Shown here: piece after piece, positions 1-9,535 of the stretch
How positions within the stretch are numbered: the first letter of the stretch is position 1
How the letters are laid out: every line of letters starts with the position of its first letter
DNA from: Candidatus Enterousia sp.
Lineage (GTDB): Bacteria; Pseudomonadota; Alphaproteobacteria; Rs-D84
Length of the DNA: 36,787 bases
Direction of reading: 5' to 3'
NCBI GenBank assembly: GCA_045643525.1
Contig: JAZUKY010000068.1
Location: 1-36,787 of the forward strand
The notes under the pieces: generated by a model
What the model was told of the DNA's origin: nothing
Database searches by the model: none
Seen by the model: only the letters and a program-made list of their open reading frames with translations
Program-made: the position numbers and the translations under genes

Positions 1-40
1 ATAATAATCTTATCAAGAGAAACAGAAAAGGGAATTTTTA

Positions 41-553
41 ATGAAAGAATTTATGAAAACACTTTTTTCTATGTTGGAACGTGAAAATAAAATGTCTTTT
101 AAGTTATATAAACTTAAGTATATCTGTGAAGATTTGTTAAAATGCATGATAATTGCGTATAATAATAGTCTAAACAGTTATAATAATTCCAATACGGTAA
201 ATAAATTAACGAAAAAACAATTGATGGAATTTGAGGATGATTTAAAAAAACGTAAACAGGGGATTGATGATTTACGTAAAGAATTAGATGAAATTAAAGT
301 TGTAATAAAATCTGAAACGAAAATGCGTGGATGGATTTTGGCAAGTGGCTCCATTCCCGTTATTACAATGATGCTTTTAGTATTGATGTTTATAAAGCAG
401 AATAAGACCCAAAGTGAAACCACATTGTATACAATTGGGACTATATCATCTGTGATGGTAATGCCGTGGGTTTTAAAAAAGACAGAAAATAGTTTTTATG
501 ATTTTAATAATAAATTTAACGAGTGGCAAAAAACGCATAAGAAAATTCGCTGA
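41..553 (+). CDS. hypothetical membrane protein (charged coiled-coil-like N-terminal half, two hydrophobic helices in C-terminal half)
   Basis: 170-aa ORF. AAAGGGA lies about 8 nt upstream of the ATG. Hydrophobic stretches ILASGSIPVITMMLLVLMFI and LYTIGTISSVMVMPWVL. Followed by a hairpin terminator. No family recognised. Confidence 0.5.
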   Translation: MKEFMKTLFSMLERENKMSFKLYKLKYICEDLLKCMIIAYNNSLNSYNNSNTVNKLTKKQLMEFEDDLKKRKQGIDDLRKELDEIKVVIKSETKMRGWILASGSIPVITMMLLVLMFIKQNKTQSETTLYTIGTISSVMVMPWVLKKTENSFYDFNNKFNEWQKTHKKIR

Positions 554-560
554 GAATGTA

Positions 561-590
561 AAAAAAATGGGGATAATATCCCCATTTTTT
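561..590. terminator. bidirectional intrinsic terminator between convergent genes
   Basis: A-run, ATGGGGA-taata-TCCCCAT stem-loop (567-585), then a T-run. Lies between the + ORF ending at 553 and the - ferredoxin gene ending at 621. Confidence 0.6.
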
Positions 591-620
591 ATCAAGCATC
601 CAGGTGTCCCCCCGATGGTT

Positions 621-803
621 TTATTTTATATCTGGTGCGATTGCTGCAACCGGACATACGGCGGCACACGTTCCACATGACATACATTTTGTTGTGTCGA
701 TAACGCATTTTCCGTCTGGACCGACAGATATTGCACCAACGGGGCATGCACCCATACATGTATGACATCCAATACATTTTGAATTATCAATTTTATAAGC
801 CAT
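621..803 (-). CDS. 2x[4Fe-4S] ferredoxin
   Basis: 60-aa ORF with two CxxCxxCxxxCP clusters (CIGCHTCMGACP and CMSCGTCAAVCP). AAGGA is upstream of the ATG. Confidence 0.9.
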   Translation of the reverse strand: MAYKIDNSKCIGCHTCMGACPVGAISVGPDGKCVIDTTKCMSCGTCAAVCPVAAIAPDIK

Positions 804-834
804 TTTTTTTCCTTTTTTTGATTTTTTAAATTGA

Positions 835-1530
835 TTAATCTCGGTTTAATAAACTTAATACATATTGAAACATTGCTATGAATGATATGTACAGATGTAA
901 TGCACCCAAAACAGCCAATTGATTAGATTGATTTTCGTCGTTACCAATTTGCATATATGCTGTTTTTAATGTCTGCATATCATACGCAGTAAACAAGGCA
1001 AATATCAGTACACCAACCAAACATATTATTGTCCCAGATGTTCCACCAATAATTTCTGGCCATATAAATGATGCCAATCCGACCAGTATTAATCCAATCA
1101 TGCCGATTGATAAAAATATCCCCAAGAAAGATAAATCTTTGATTGTTTTATAACCAAACAACGCCATGCAGGCAAACATTAATGCCGCAATTACAAATGC
1201 CGCCAATATTGTAAGTGGGTTGTTTGTTACGGCGACCAATAATAATGGTGTCATTACAATGCCCAATGTTATCGAATATATTGCCAACATTAATCCTGCA
1301 ATTGCTGGACGCATATTGAACGCGCGTGCTTGGGCCCACAATGAAATGCCCAACCCCCCAAATGCCAAGACATAATACAGTGGACTTAGACCATTAAGGC
1401 TGAACAGATTATTAATTAATGGTGTTGTCATTGTAATAAATACTGATGCCGCAGTTAAACCAACCGCACCAAACATCAACGCAAAAATACGTTTGAAGTA
1501 TAATTGCATGCCATTTTTGTATGTTTTCAT
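835..1530 (-). CDS. BAX inhibitor-1/YccA family inner-membrane protein
   Basis: Polytopic membrane protein of about 231 aa starting MKTYKNGMQLYFKRIF, with about 7 hydrophobic helices typical of the BI-1/YccA family. The internal ATG at 1530 is preceded by AAGGAG. The longer 301-aa ORF extension looks non-coding. Confidence 0.85.
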   Translation of the reverse strand: MKTYKNGMQLYFKRIFALMFGAVGLTAASVFITMTTPLINNLFSLNGLSPLYYVLAFGGLGISLWAQARAFNMRPAIAGLMLAIYSITLGIVMTPLLLVAVTNNPLTILAAFVIAALMFACMALFGYKTIKDLSFLGIFLSIGMIGLILVGLASFIWPEIIGGTSGTIICLVGVLIFALFTAYDMQTLKTAYMQIGNDENQSNQLAVLGALHLYISFIAMFQYVLSLLNRD

Positions 1531-1604
1531 TGAAAACTCCTTTTGAATTGTTAATATGATTATGGTATAATTCGTTGAAAATTTCAAGGTTAAAGGTTTT
1601 TTAA

Positions 1605-1850
1605 ATGAAAATACAATATGCAAATGTAATGAATGATGCCAAAAATAGGGCTGAAAAATATGGGGTTGGCAGTTATGAATACAATATGATTTTGATGCAG
1701 GGATTTTCAAAGTTGTATTATTATAAATTGCTTGATTCAAAGAAAAATAAAAACGGTGCAGATGTCATTTATTACAAAAAAAGAATGAAACAGATTAAAG
1801 ATTCCAAAAAAAGTTTGCTTTTTTTAAGAGATATGACAAATCATCGCTAA
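1605..1850 (+). CDS. hypothetical small K/Y-rich protein (weak call)
   Basis: 81-aa ORF in the 340-bp divergent region between the BI-1 gene and lgt. Only a weak AGG upstream. No recognisable motif. It may be non-coding. Confidence 0.25.
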   Translation: MKIQYANVMNDAKNRAEKYGVGSYEYNMILMQGFSKLYYYKLLDSKKNKNGADVIYYKKRMKQIKDSKKSLLFLRDMTNHR

Positions 1851-1870
1851 TAAATGTAAAATTATAATCA

Positions 1871-2683
1871 ATGGCTGTTATAATTAATCCGATTTCTCCG
1901 GTTGCGTTTTCTGTATTTGGTATGCCTGTGCGCTGGTATGCATTGGCGTATATAGCGGGGTTTGTTGGTGGTTATTATTTATTTAAACATATGATGCAAC
2001 GTTCGGACGCTGTGTTGAAATTGAATAAACAGCAATTGGATGATTTGTTAACCTTTGTTGTTTTTGGTGTGATATTGGGCGGCCGTTTGGGGTATGTTCT
2101 GTTTTATAATCTGCATTTTTTTATATCTAATCCGTTGGAAATATTTGCATTGTGGCATGGTGGAATGAGTTTTCATGGTGGTTTATTGGGGTTGATTTGT
2201 GCCGTGTTATTGTTTGCATATAATCGCAAAATAAATGCATTGAATATATTGGATATGATGGCGGTTGTGGCACCGGTTGGTTTATTTTTTGGTCGTATTG
2301 CAAATTTTATAAATATGGAATTGATGGGACGTGAAACAGATGGTCCATTTGGAATTATGTTTGCGGGTATTGATACCGTTGCACATTACCCCAGCCCATT
2401 ATTTGAGGCCATCGCCGAGGGATTGTTGTTATTTGTTATGATGTTATGTTTATATTATTTTACAAAATTGCGGTATTATGCTGGGGCATTGGCGGGGATT
2501 ATGGGAATGGAATATGCGATTGCCCGTATCGGGTGTGAATATTTTCGTATGCCGGATGCGCAAATTGGTTTTTTGACATCATGGGGACTAACAATGGGAC
2601 AGTTGTTGTCGGGGGTAATGTTTATTGCCGGATTGATAATTTTTGTATTTGCGATACACAATGGTGGTAAACATAGAATATAG
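1871..2683 (+). CDS. lgt: prolipoprotein diacylglyceryl transferase
   Basis: 270 aa. Characteristic Lgt motifs: RWYALAYIAG, HGGMSFHGGLLG, FGRIANFINMELMGRETD. Multi-pass membrane protein. Confidence 0.93.
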   Translation: MAVIINPISPVAFSVFGMPVRWYALAYIAGFVGGYYLFKHMMQRSDAVLKLNKQQLDDLLTFVVFGVILGGRLGYVLFYNLHFFISNPLEIFALWHGGMSFHGGLLGLICAVLLFAYNRKINALNILDMMAVVAPVGLFFGRIANFINMELMGRETDGPFGIMFAGIDTVAHYPSPLFEAIAEGLLLFVMMLCLYYFTKLRYYAGALAGIMGMEYAIARIGCEYFRMPDAQIGFLTSWGLTMGQLLSGVMFIAGLIIFVFAIHNGGKHRI

Positions 2684-2700
2684 GTTGTTAATATAGATAT

Positions 2701-2725
2701 AACGTCCCGGTTGGGATGTTTTTTG
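2701..2725 (+). terminator. intrinsic terminator after lgt
   Basis: AACGTCCC-ggtt-GGGATGTT stem (one G-U pair) followed by TTTTTT. Confidence 0.6.
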
Positions 2726-2733
2726 TTATATTT

Positions 2734-2762
2734 TTGGTTAATTAAAAAATATGTGATATAAT
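2734..2762 (+). promoter_or_regulatory. candidate sigma70 promoter of the autotransporter gene
   Basis: TTGGTT (2734-2739), 17-nt spacer ending in TGa (extended -10), then TATAAT (2757-2762). AGGAGAGG RBS lies before the ATG at 2805. Confidence 0.45.
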
Positions 2763-2804
2763 ACCCATGAAATAAATCATATTTTAAAATTAGGAGAGGG
2801 AAAT

Positions 2805-5800
2805 ATGAAAAAAACATTAATAAGTGCAATTGCATTGAATATTTGTTTATGTGCGAATGCGGCATTGGCAATTCAAAGCAGCAATAAAAATTTAACGTTT
2901 TCTGAAATTTTAAATACAGATGAAAATTATGCGGTTGTATCACAATACAGTGATAATCAATTGCACGAAAATGGAATTATAAAAACGTATGAAAAAAATA
3001 AATCCGGTGATTGGATTTTGAAATTTTATAATTTTAAATACAATGATGATACAAAAATTTCTGATTTAAAATCGTATGAAAATAAAAATTTAAAATTTAT
3101 TGAATTAACCGATACGGAAAGTGTTGAATATCAAAATGCAAATACCCAATCTTTGATAAATTCCAAAGTTATAAAAACATATCAAAAAGATAGTAATGGT
3201 GAATATGTTGCAAAATTTTATAAGTGGACACGAATTGTCGACGGAAAAGAAATTGATGGCGGACGGTTTGGGGCGAATATACATAATACAGATGGTTTAA
3301 TAGAATCGGTTAACGGTGTATTTATTTCGGTTCCATCGTTAAATGGGAATGGTGTTATATATAATTCCAATAATAATTATTATAGTTCTGCATCGCAGGT
3401 TGCAGAAATTAATGGTGGTGTAAACGGGGTATTTATTAATAACGATGGTTCTGGAAATGGTGCGGCCGTTTATAATAATTCTTTGGTATATATGGATTAT
3501 ATAACGGGTGCATTTATAAATAATTATGCGGGTAATTATGGGGCAATAGCAAATGAAACGGGGCATATTGGAAATATTTCGGGCGTTTTTATTAATAATA
3601 ACAGTGCAAACGGTTCTGCTATTGGTAATAATGGGGTAATTGATAATATTGCTGGAATTTTTATTGGTAACAATGGTTCTAATGGTAAGGCTATTTATAA
3701 TAACGGTAATGGTATAATTGGTCAAATTTCTGGAAAATTTATAAAGAATCAATCTGTTGGTGGCTATGGCGGTCCGGGGGGAGCGATTTATAATGCTGGC
3801 GGAACAATTGGGGATATTAAGGCCGACTTTATTAATAATTCAACCAATGCACCTGGTGGGGCGATTTATAATTCTGGTGGAACGGTCGGTAATATAACGG
3901 GTGATTTTATAGGAAATATTTCTTCTAATGGTGGGGCGATTTCTAATTCTGGTGGAATAATTGGTAATATAACGGGTGATTTTATTAATAATAGTAGTAG
4001 TGTTGGTGGGGCAATTGAGATTTATGGTGGAACGGTCGGTGATATAACTGGTGATTTTATCAATAATAAATCTAGTAATGTTGGTGGTGCTGTATACGGT
4101 GATATAGCAAATATGAAGGGGAATTTTATTAATAATTCTGCTGCTGGTGGTCCCGGTGGTGCTGTGTTGGGTAATATAACAAACATGACGGGTGATTTTA
4201 TCAATAATAAATCAAGTAGTAATGGTGGTGCTGTATTCGGTGATATAACAAATATGAAAGGGAATTTTATAGGAAATACGTCTGAATATATGGCTGGTGC
4301 AATTAATGGAAATATTGAAATGATGAATGGCAATTTTATAGACAATCATTCTAGTGATCTTGGTGGGGCAATTTATGGAAATGTTGGACGTTTATCAGGA
4401 AATTTAATTAAAAACAGTGGATTGATTGGTGGGGCAATTTATAGCACTGGTAATATCGCATTATTGGCTGATGGTAATAATTATTTGATTTCAAATAATT
4501 ATCAAAAATATGAAGATCTTGAAAGTTCCAAAATATATCGTTTCGATAATGCGATTACGATTCAATTCGGTACTATATTAAACATATCAGCATTAAATAA
4601 TGGAACATATACTATAAACGATAATATCGCATTGAGGCATGAATGGGATACGGAAAATATAGGTAAACGTATAAATTATTTTGATGCACATATTGCCGAA
4701 ACAATGGATCCGGATGATGAAGATTATGCCAGTACCAAAGAATATTATACAAAATATAGTATTGAAATAAATGGTGATAATACAGGTGTGGTATATTTTA
4801 ACAATAAAATATACGATGCAACAAATGTATCTGTGACCAATTCAATAATTGGATTTGGTAAAACACCGGACAATTATACCGGGACGGAAACATTTGCAGG
4901 TTTTGCAAATGATGTAACCGATATAACGGTGCAATTTACAATGAATAATTCAATATTGGATTTGGCAAATGGTTTTGTTCAAAGTTTAGAATTACCAACA
5001 TTGTATTTATCAGGTAATAATAAATTGAATTTGGATATTGATGTAAAAACGAACAGTGCGGATCGTATTTTGGTATCAGATTTACAATTGAATGATGCTA
5101 ACGATAAAATGCAGATTGCATTTAATGCATTGAATTATGGATTAACCGATACACCAATTTTATTTGCGACGGTTAATACAAATGATGATGTATTTGAATT
5201 GCAAAAAAATACAATTGATACATATACGAAAATATATGATTTGCAATTATCACAGGTTGCAAATGATTGGTTTGTTCAAATTGTATCAGAAAAAACAAAT
5301 CCAATGGCGGTTAACGATGGTGCAAATTCTGGTAAAGTATCAAAGCAATTAATTCGTCAAATGACAAACAGTATGCAAAAACGTGTTGGTGAATTAATGT
5401 GGCGTGATGAACAAAGTGGTAAATACACAGATGCCGGTAAAAATGGTTTCTGGACACGTGGTATTTATAAAAATGCGAAAATTGCCGATACATCTGTTAA
5501 TCAAATGGGGGGTGAATTTGGATATGACAGAAAATTATATACCGGTAAATCATTTGATGTGTACACAGGTTTATTGGGATATGTATCTGCATCAAAATCC
5601 GATGTTGATGATGTAAAATTAAATTCAACATCATATGGGGTTGGGGCATATGGAATGTTAACAACCCAAAATGGATGGTTTGGTGATTTGGCATTCCGTG
5701 AACATGTTGTCGATTTAGATGGAACGGACGGTTATAACGCAATGACATTAAATATGGAATTGGGTAAACAATTTGTATTTGATATGGGCAATAACAAAGT

Positions 5801-6185
5801 ATCAATGTTTATGACGCCATCTGTGGAATTGACCGCAATTAAAATGTCGGATGTTGATGTTAATGGTGTTATGACAATCCGTGGTGATACAGATGTTATG
5901 CTGGGTGCCAGTGTTATTGGTGGACCACGTTGGAAAATGCAAAACGGTCAATTACAGACGTATGCAAAATTTGGTTATACGAATGATGCATCAAAAAAAT
6001 CTGTATTAAGTATTAATAACGAAGAATATAAATTGGATGATGCCCATAATGCGTTGGAATATGGGATTGGTATGGATTGGCGTACAGTTAATGATACAAC
6101 CAATGTGTATTTTGAATTAACATACAGCACAGATAGCGATTACAATGAAATCGGTGGAACATTGGGGATACGTTATGTATTTTAA
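2805..6185 (+). CDS. autotransporter outer-membrane protein with Pmp-type (GGA[ILV]/FxxN) passenger repeats
   Basis: 1126 aa. Signal peptide MKKTLISAIALNICLCANAALA. Passenger carries many alternating G[DN]FI[NG]N and GGAIYN/GGAV units. C-terminal region of about 250 aa (from GFWTRGIYKN) alternates hydrophobic and polar residues like a beta-barrel translocator and ends in IRYVF (terminal aromatic). Confidence 0.85.
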   Translation: MKKTLISAIALNICLCANAALAIQSSNKNLTFSEILNTDENYAVVSQYSDNQLHENGIIKTYEKNKSGDWILKFYNFKYNDDTKISDLKSYENKNLKFIELTDTESVEYQNANTQSLINSKVIKTYQKDSNGEYVAKFYKWTRIVDGKEIDGGRFGANIHNTDGLIESVNGVFISVPSLNGNGVIYNSNNNYYSSASQVAEINGGVNGVFINNDGSGNGAAVYNNSLVYMDYITGAFINNYAGNYGAIANETGHIGNISGVFINNNSANGSAIGNNGVIDNIAGIFIGNNGSNGKAIYNNGNGIIGQISGKFIKNQSVGGYGGPGGAIYNAGGTIGDIKADFINNSTNAPGGAIYNSGGTVGNITGDFIGNISSNGGAISNSGGIIGNITGDFINNSSSVGGAIEIYGGTVGDITGDFINNKSSNVGGAVYGDIANMKGNFINNSAAGGPGGAVLGNITNMTGDFINNKSSSNGGAVFGDITNMKGNFIGNTSEYMAGAINGNIEMMNGNFIDNHSSDLGGAIYGNVGRLSGNLIKNSGLIGGAIYSTGNIALLADGNNYLISNNYQKYEDLESSKIYRFDNAITIQFGTILNISALNNGTYTINDNIALRHEWDTENIGKRINYFDAHIAETMDPDDEDYASTKEYYTKYSIEINGDNTGVVYFNNKIYDATNVSVTNSIIGFGKTPDNYTGTETFAGFANDVTDITVQFTMNNSILDLANGFVQSLELPTLYLSGNNKLNLDIDVKTNSADRILVSDLQLNDANDKMQIAFNALNYGLTDTPILFATVNTNDDVFELQKNTIDTYTKIYDLQLSQVANDWFVQIVSEKTNPMAVNDGANSGKVSKQLIRQMTNSMQKRVGELMWRDEQSGKYTDAGKNGFWTRGIYKNAKIADTSVNQMGGEFGYDRKLYTGKSFDVYTGLLGYVSASKSDVDDVKLNSTSYGVGAYGMLTTQNGWFGDLAFREHVVDLDGTDGYNAMTLNMELGKQFVFDMGNNKVSMFMTPSVELTAIKMSDVDVNGVMTIRGDTDVMLGASVIGGPRWKMQNGQLQTYAKFGYTNDASKKSVLSINNEEYKLDDAHNALEYGIGMDWRTVNDTTNVYFELTYSTDSDYNEIGGTLGIRYVF
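3310..4450 (+). repeat. in-frame tandem coding repeats (about 20-25-aa Pmp-type units)
   Basis: Repeated DNA blocks, for example ggtaatataacgggtgattttat near 3890 and again near 3963. The gtgattttat[ct]aataata block recurs near 3974, 4052 and 4192. They encode GNITGDFINN...GGAI units. Confidence 0.75.
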
Positions 6186-6204
6186 TTTGTATGTTTAATA
6201 TAAA

Positions 6205-6234
6205 AATAACGTCCCGTTTGGGGCGTTATTTTTT
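6205..6234 (+). terminator. intrinsic terminator after the autotransporter gene
   Basis: 11-bp stem AATAACGTCCC / GGGGCGTTATT (one G-U pair), loop gttt, then TTTT. Confidence 0.7.
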
Positions 6235-6580
6235 ATGGAAAATATTTGTATAATTGTATGGTTTTTATATAAATGTAAAAACATTACAATGTGACATACA
6301 AAATGTATTTGCATATGTAAAATAAAAATTGAACGACAATGATATAAGATAATATGAATCTGTTTTTTATTATTATATACGGTAAAACATTTTTTGTTAC
6401 CCCAATAAATGTAAAAGGTTCGGTGGACCGATAATATAACCGTAGAATACAGTTGTTTATTTGATGATATGTTTTTTGTGTTGTTGTAAATAACGCATGT
6501 TTTAGTATATTTTGAATATGAATTTTTATATATATTGGTTAATAAAAAAAGGGGGGACCCCCATTTTTGTAATAATATTA

Positions 6581-8248
6581 TTATTGAACTTTTGGAATTT
6601 CAACGGTATCGTTGTATTTTCCCAAATATCGGTCACCGGATTGGCAAAATATTTTTTGTAATGAACCGTTGTATTCGGCAACGGCGGAAACATAACGTTC
6701 GGAAATTTCTTGGTTTGCTCCCTGAATCCCGGTTAATGCACCGGCACCGGCACCAAATGCCGCCCCCTTTATGGTGGCACCTAATCTGGCCTTGTTATTC
6801 AAATCAATAATATTGCCGTGGTCATCGTCGGCCCCAATGGTCATTGGTTCAAACTCATAGTTTGCAGTTAATGATAATTCTGTTCCGGTTTGTCGGTTAT
6901 AATACTTGCGTTCGTAAGTGGCCCGATATTTTTTACGCCAATCGGCCGTTGTCAGGCCGGAAAACGTATTGCCCACAGAAAAATTTATCATTGCCGGAAT
7001 GGATTTTTCTTTGATTGCAGCCGTTACTTTTATAATTACATCGTTTTTGATTGCAATGTCTTCTGTTTCGGTTGGGGCTTTGGAAATACATTCGAATTTG
7101 TCGGAACAATCTTTATCTTTTTGGTCTGTATATATCTTATATTTTATTTGGTCGTTAACACTTCTTTTTATATCATCTTGGTTCAGACTGTCAATTGATT
7201 TGTTGGCTATTGCACCATCGATTGCAATTGCATTGAATAATTTTACAGTTGTGCATTTTTTTCCCTGTGGATTACATTTATATGATTTATTTAATGTTAA
7301 ATTGTGAAACAGGGATTCGTTTTTTTGATCCGAATTTTTTGTTTCTATTGCATATCCCCACAGACATGTTTTTTCATCACCGTCAATGGTACATTTTTCG
7401 ATACGTAATTTATTGCTGGCGTCACTGTTGGTGGATGCGGTGATGTTTCCCAAAATGGCCCCACCCGCGGCGGCGGTTCCCGCGGTTACAATTGCATCGC
7501 CGGCAACTTTGCCAGAATATGCACCAATTGTTGCCAACGCCGCCCCAGATGTTGCACCGATTGCGGTGCTGACGATTTTTTCTTTGTTCGTGCCGAACAT
7601 TTGGCCGCTGTTATCTGAATTTTTGCCAACCATGTTTCCGATAACGCCACTGGTTAATGCCATTGCGGCAATTTTTAATCCGGCGTTTTGTTTTTGTTCG
7701 CGATCCATTGCGCGTTTTACATCATCCATTGTGGGTTCATTATCGGCCGGAAATGTTATTTGACCGGCACCGGTGGCGTATCCGGATTCTGGAAATTCTG
7801 AAATATTACATTTAATTGTGCCATCCAATGGTAAATTTGCAGTGGCTAATAACAAATTTGAACCGCCGGGGCCCATTTGATATCCATACATTTTAACAAC
7901 GCCAACACATTGGTCATCTTTGTTTGATGACAGACCAACATTTGGTTTGTCCCACGCAAATTCAGCGGTTGGAAACGTTGCTTTGCAATTATTTAAATCT
8001 GTAAATGTTACATGAATACTGGTGTCGCCCTGTATCAATTTGCGGGCCAATTCACTGTCTGCGACACGCACGGGCAAAGAATCTGCGTCCGTTATTTTTT
8101 GTGATTGATATGCTGAAACCGAATTATATGCCTCTGCACGACTGCGGGCGGCATTGTTAACGTGAACCGCCGCATATACATTATGCGGTGTGTCTATTAA
8201 TCCCACAATTGCGGTTAACAGTGAATAAAATGCGATTTTGTTTTTCAT
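6581..8248 (-). CDS. secreted hypothetical protein with glycine-zipper (Gly/Ala-rich) segments
   Basis: 555 aa. Signal peptide MKNKIAFYSLLTAIVGLIDTPHNVYA. Gly/Ala-rich small-residue stretches GVIGNMVG, AIGATSGAALATIGAYSGKVAGDAIVTAGTAAAGGAILG and GATIKGAAFGAGAGALTG. Several Cys pairs. Starts 23 nt downstream of the preceding OMP gene. Confidence 0.75.
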   Translation of the reverse strand: MKNKIAFYSLLTAIVGLIDTPHNVYAAVHVNNAARSRAEAYNSVSAYQSQKITDADSLPVRVADSELARKLIQGDTSIHVTFTDLNNCKATFPTAEFAWDKPNVGLSSNKDDQCVGVVKMYGYQMGPGGSNLLLATANLPLDGTIKCNISEFPESGYATGAGQITFPADNEPTMDDVKRAMDREQKQNAGLKIAAMALTSGVIGNMVGKNSDNSGQMFGTNKEKIVSTAIGATSGAALATIGAYSGKVAGDAIVTAGTAAAGGAILGNITASTNSDASNKLRIEKCTIDGDEKTCLWGYAIETKNSDQKNESLFHNLTLNKSYKCNPQGKKCTTVKLFNAIAIDGAIANKSIDSLNQDDIKRSVNDQIKYKIYTDQKDKDCSDKFECISKAPTETEDIAIKNDVIIKVTAAIKEKSIPAMINFSVGNTFSGLTTADWRKKYRATYERKYYNRQTGTELSLTANYEFEPMTIGADDDHGNIIDLNNKARLGATIKGAAFGAGAGALTGIQGANQEISERYVSAVAEYNGSLQKIFCQSGDRYLGKYNDTVEIPKVQ

Positions 8249-8271
8249 TCTCTCTCTTATGCAGATATGTG

Positions 8272-9390
8272 TTAATATTGCAATCTGGCACGGACACCCA
8301 AATCAACCGTGCTTAACCGACCACTTTCGTACCAATTGGTATAATGAAATACACTGTCGTATGGTGCTTGGTATTCACCTTCTGGTGTGCCGGAACCATC
8401 AGACAACCATTCAATCTGTGAAACAATATTGCTGCCCGATGTTTTTACACGTCCCAAATTGGTGTATCTGATAAAGAAATCCATTTTTATTCCACCATTT
8501 AATTCTGTGGTCAATCCACCCTCCAGCATAAATGCGAATTGTTCGGTTGTCCCACCATTATGATATGCGGTAACGTCTGAAATTCCGGTTAATTCACCGG
8601 CCCCCGAATATTCTGGATTTGCTTCGGAATAAAATGATTTATCGTATACAACATAATCTGCGATTGTATTTAATGAAATACCAACACCGGCCCCAACATA
8701 TGGACGTAATGAACCACCGGCCAGATAACCCGTATATGAATCAATATTATAATATATATTTAACATTGTTGTATTTGCAGTGATGGCACCACCATCAACC
8801 TGGGTCTGGACGTACCCACCGCCACCATCGGATGTTTCGGCGGTATTGTTATATCCCAAACCGGTGTAACGCAAATACGAAAAATCGATACGCATATCGT
8901 TATTGATTGCCGCCCCAACCGAAATTTGTAATGGGATTACAGAATCGTAATTAAATGTGGCCGGTTTAAAGGCACCGGGAACAAAAAAAGCATTTTGTTC
9001 GTTTTGATAATCTGCGGACATATCACCCATAACACTGATGGCGTATGCTGCAGACAGACCGATGTACAGACCACTGTCGGCCAAACGATCGTAATCTGTG
9101 GATTGATAATATTGACGGCCGGCATTTGTTGCATTTGAACCAACCCGTGGCAGGGCACCTGTGACGCGATTGGCACTGGCGGCGTTACCGTTACGTGAAT
9201 TCATGGCAGCAGCGGTTGAAATCGCCCGGTTGGATAATGTCGGGGTGTATATTGTGGGATAATATTGGGTTGTTGGAACAACCATTTGATCATCAAATCC
9301 CCTTTGATATACGGGATATGCAGCATGGGCCGTATGTGATAAAACGGCACAAAGTCCCATAAATATTGCATAAATGTTGAAATTCCTCAT
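8272..9390 (-). CDS. outer-membrane beta-barrel protein
   Basis: 372 aa. Signal peptide ending HTAHA. Alternating beta-strand pattern rich in G/Y/T/S. C-terminus GVRARLQY with a terminal aromatic, typical of BAM substrates. Confidence 0.75.
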   Translation of the reverse strand: MRNFNIYAIFMGLCAVLSHTAHAAYPVYQRGFDDQMVVPTTQYYPTIYTPTLSNRAISTAAAMNSRNGNAASANRVTGALPRVGSNATNAGRQYYQSTDYDRLADSGLYIGLSAAYAISVMGDMSADYQNEQNAFFVPGAFKPATFNYDSVIPLQISVGAAINNDMRIDFSYLRYTGLGYNNTAETSDGGGGYVQTQVDGGAITANTTMLNIYYNIDSYTGYLAGGSLRPYVGAGVGISLNTIADYVVYDKSFYSEANPEYSGAGELTGISDVTAYHNGGTTEQFAFMLEGGLTTELNGGIKMDFFIRYTNLGRVKTSGSNIVSQIEWLSDGSGTPEGEYQAPYDSVFHYTNWYESGRLSTVDLGVRARLQY

Positions 9391-9465
9391 TCCCAGTCCA
9401 ATCTTTTGTTACCGGTATTATATCATAAATTGGGATATCAAAAAAGTCATTTATATACAATTTAT

Positions 9466-9494
9466 TAATAAAAATCCGCCCATGGGGGCGGATT
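9466..9494 (-). terminator. intrinsic terminator after the 358-aa OMP gene
   Basis: AATCCGCCC-atgg-GGGCGGATT stem-loop. On the minus strand it is followed by TTTTATT. Confidence 0.65.
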
Positions 9495-9535
9495 CTGTCC
9501 AATATAAAGTTTTTATTTAGATATTTTGTTCGGAT

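Noticed and set aside
1531-1740. N-terminal extension of the BI-1 ORF (301-aa version)
   Set aside because: The extension is His/Phe/Asn-rich non-membrane sequence with no RBS. The internal ATG at 1530 has a perfect AAGGAG and yields the family-typical length of about 230 aa.
3800-4350. Regularly spaced near-identical 20-25-nt repeats that could superficially suggest a CRISPR-like array
   Set aside because: They are in frame within a long ORF and encode Pmp-type peptide repeats. Spacing and spacer content are coding, and there are no cas genes.
6235-6540. 300-bp AT-rich spacer between convergent genes, inspected for an sRNA or mobile-element remnant
   Set aside because: Only a short CGGT..ACCG hairpin near 6420-6445 is present. 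I could discern no promoter-terminator pair, terminal repeats or coding potential.
7386-7763. 125-aa plus-strand ORF, plus other + ORFs between 6535 and 7443, inside the 555-aa gene
   Set aside because: They are antisense shadows of the Gly/Ala-rich (GCN/GGN) region. The minus-strand ORF is continuous, has a signal peptide, and lies in an operon with the OMP gene.
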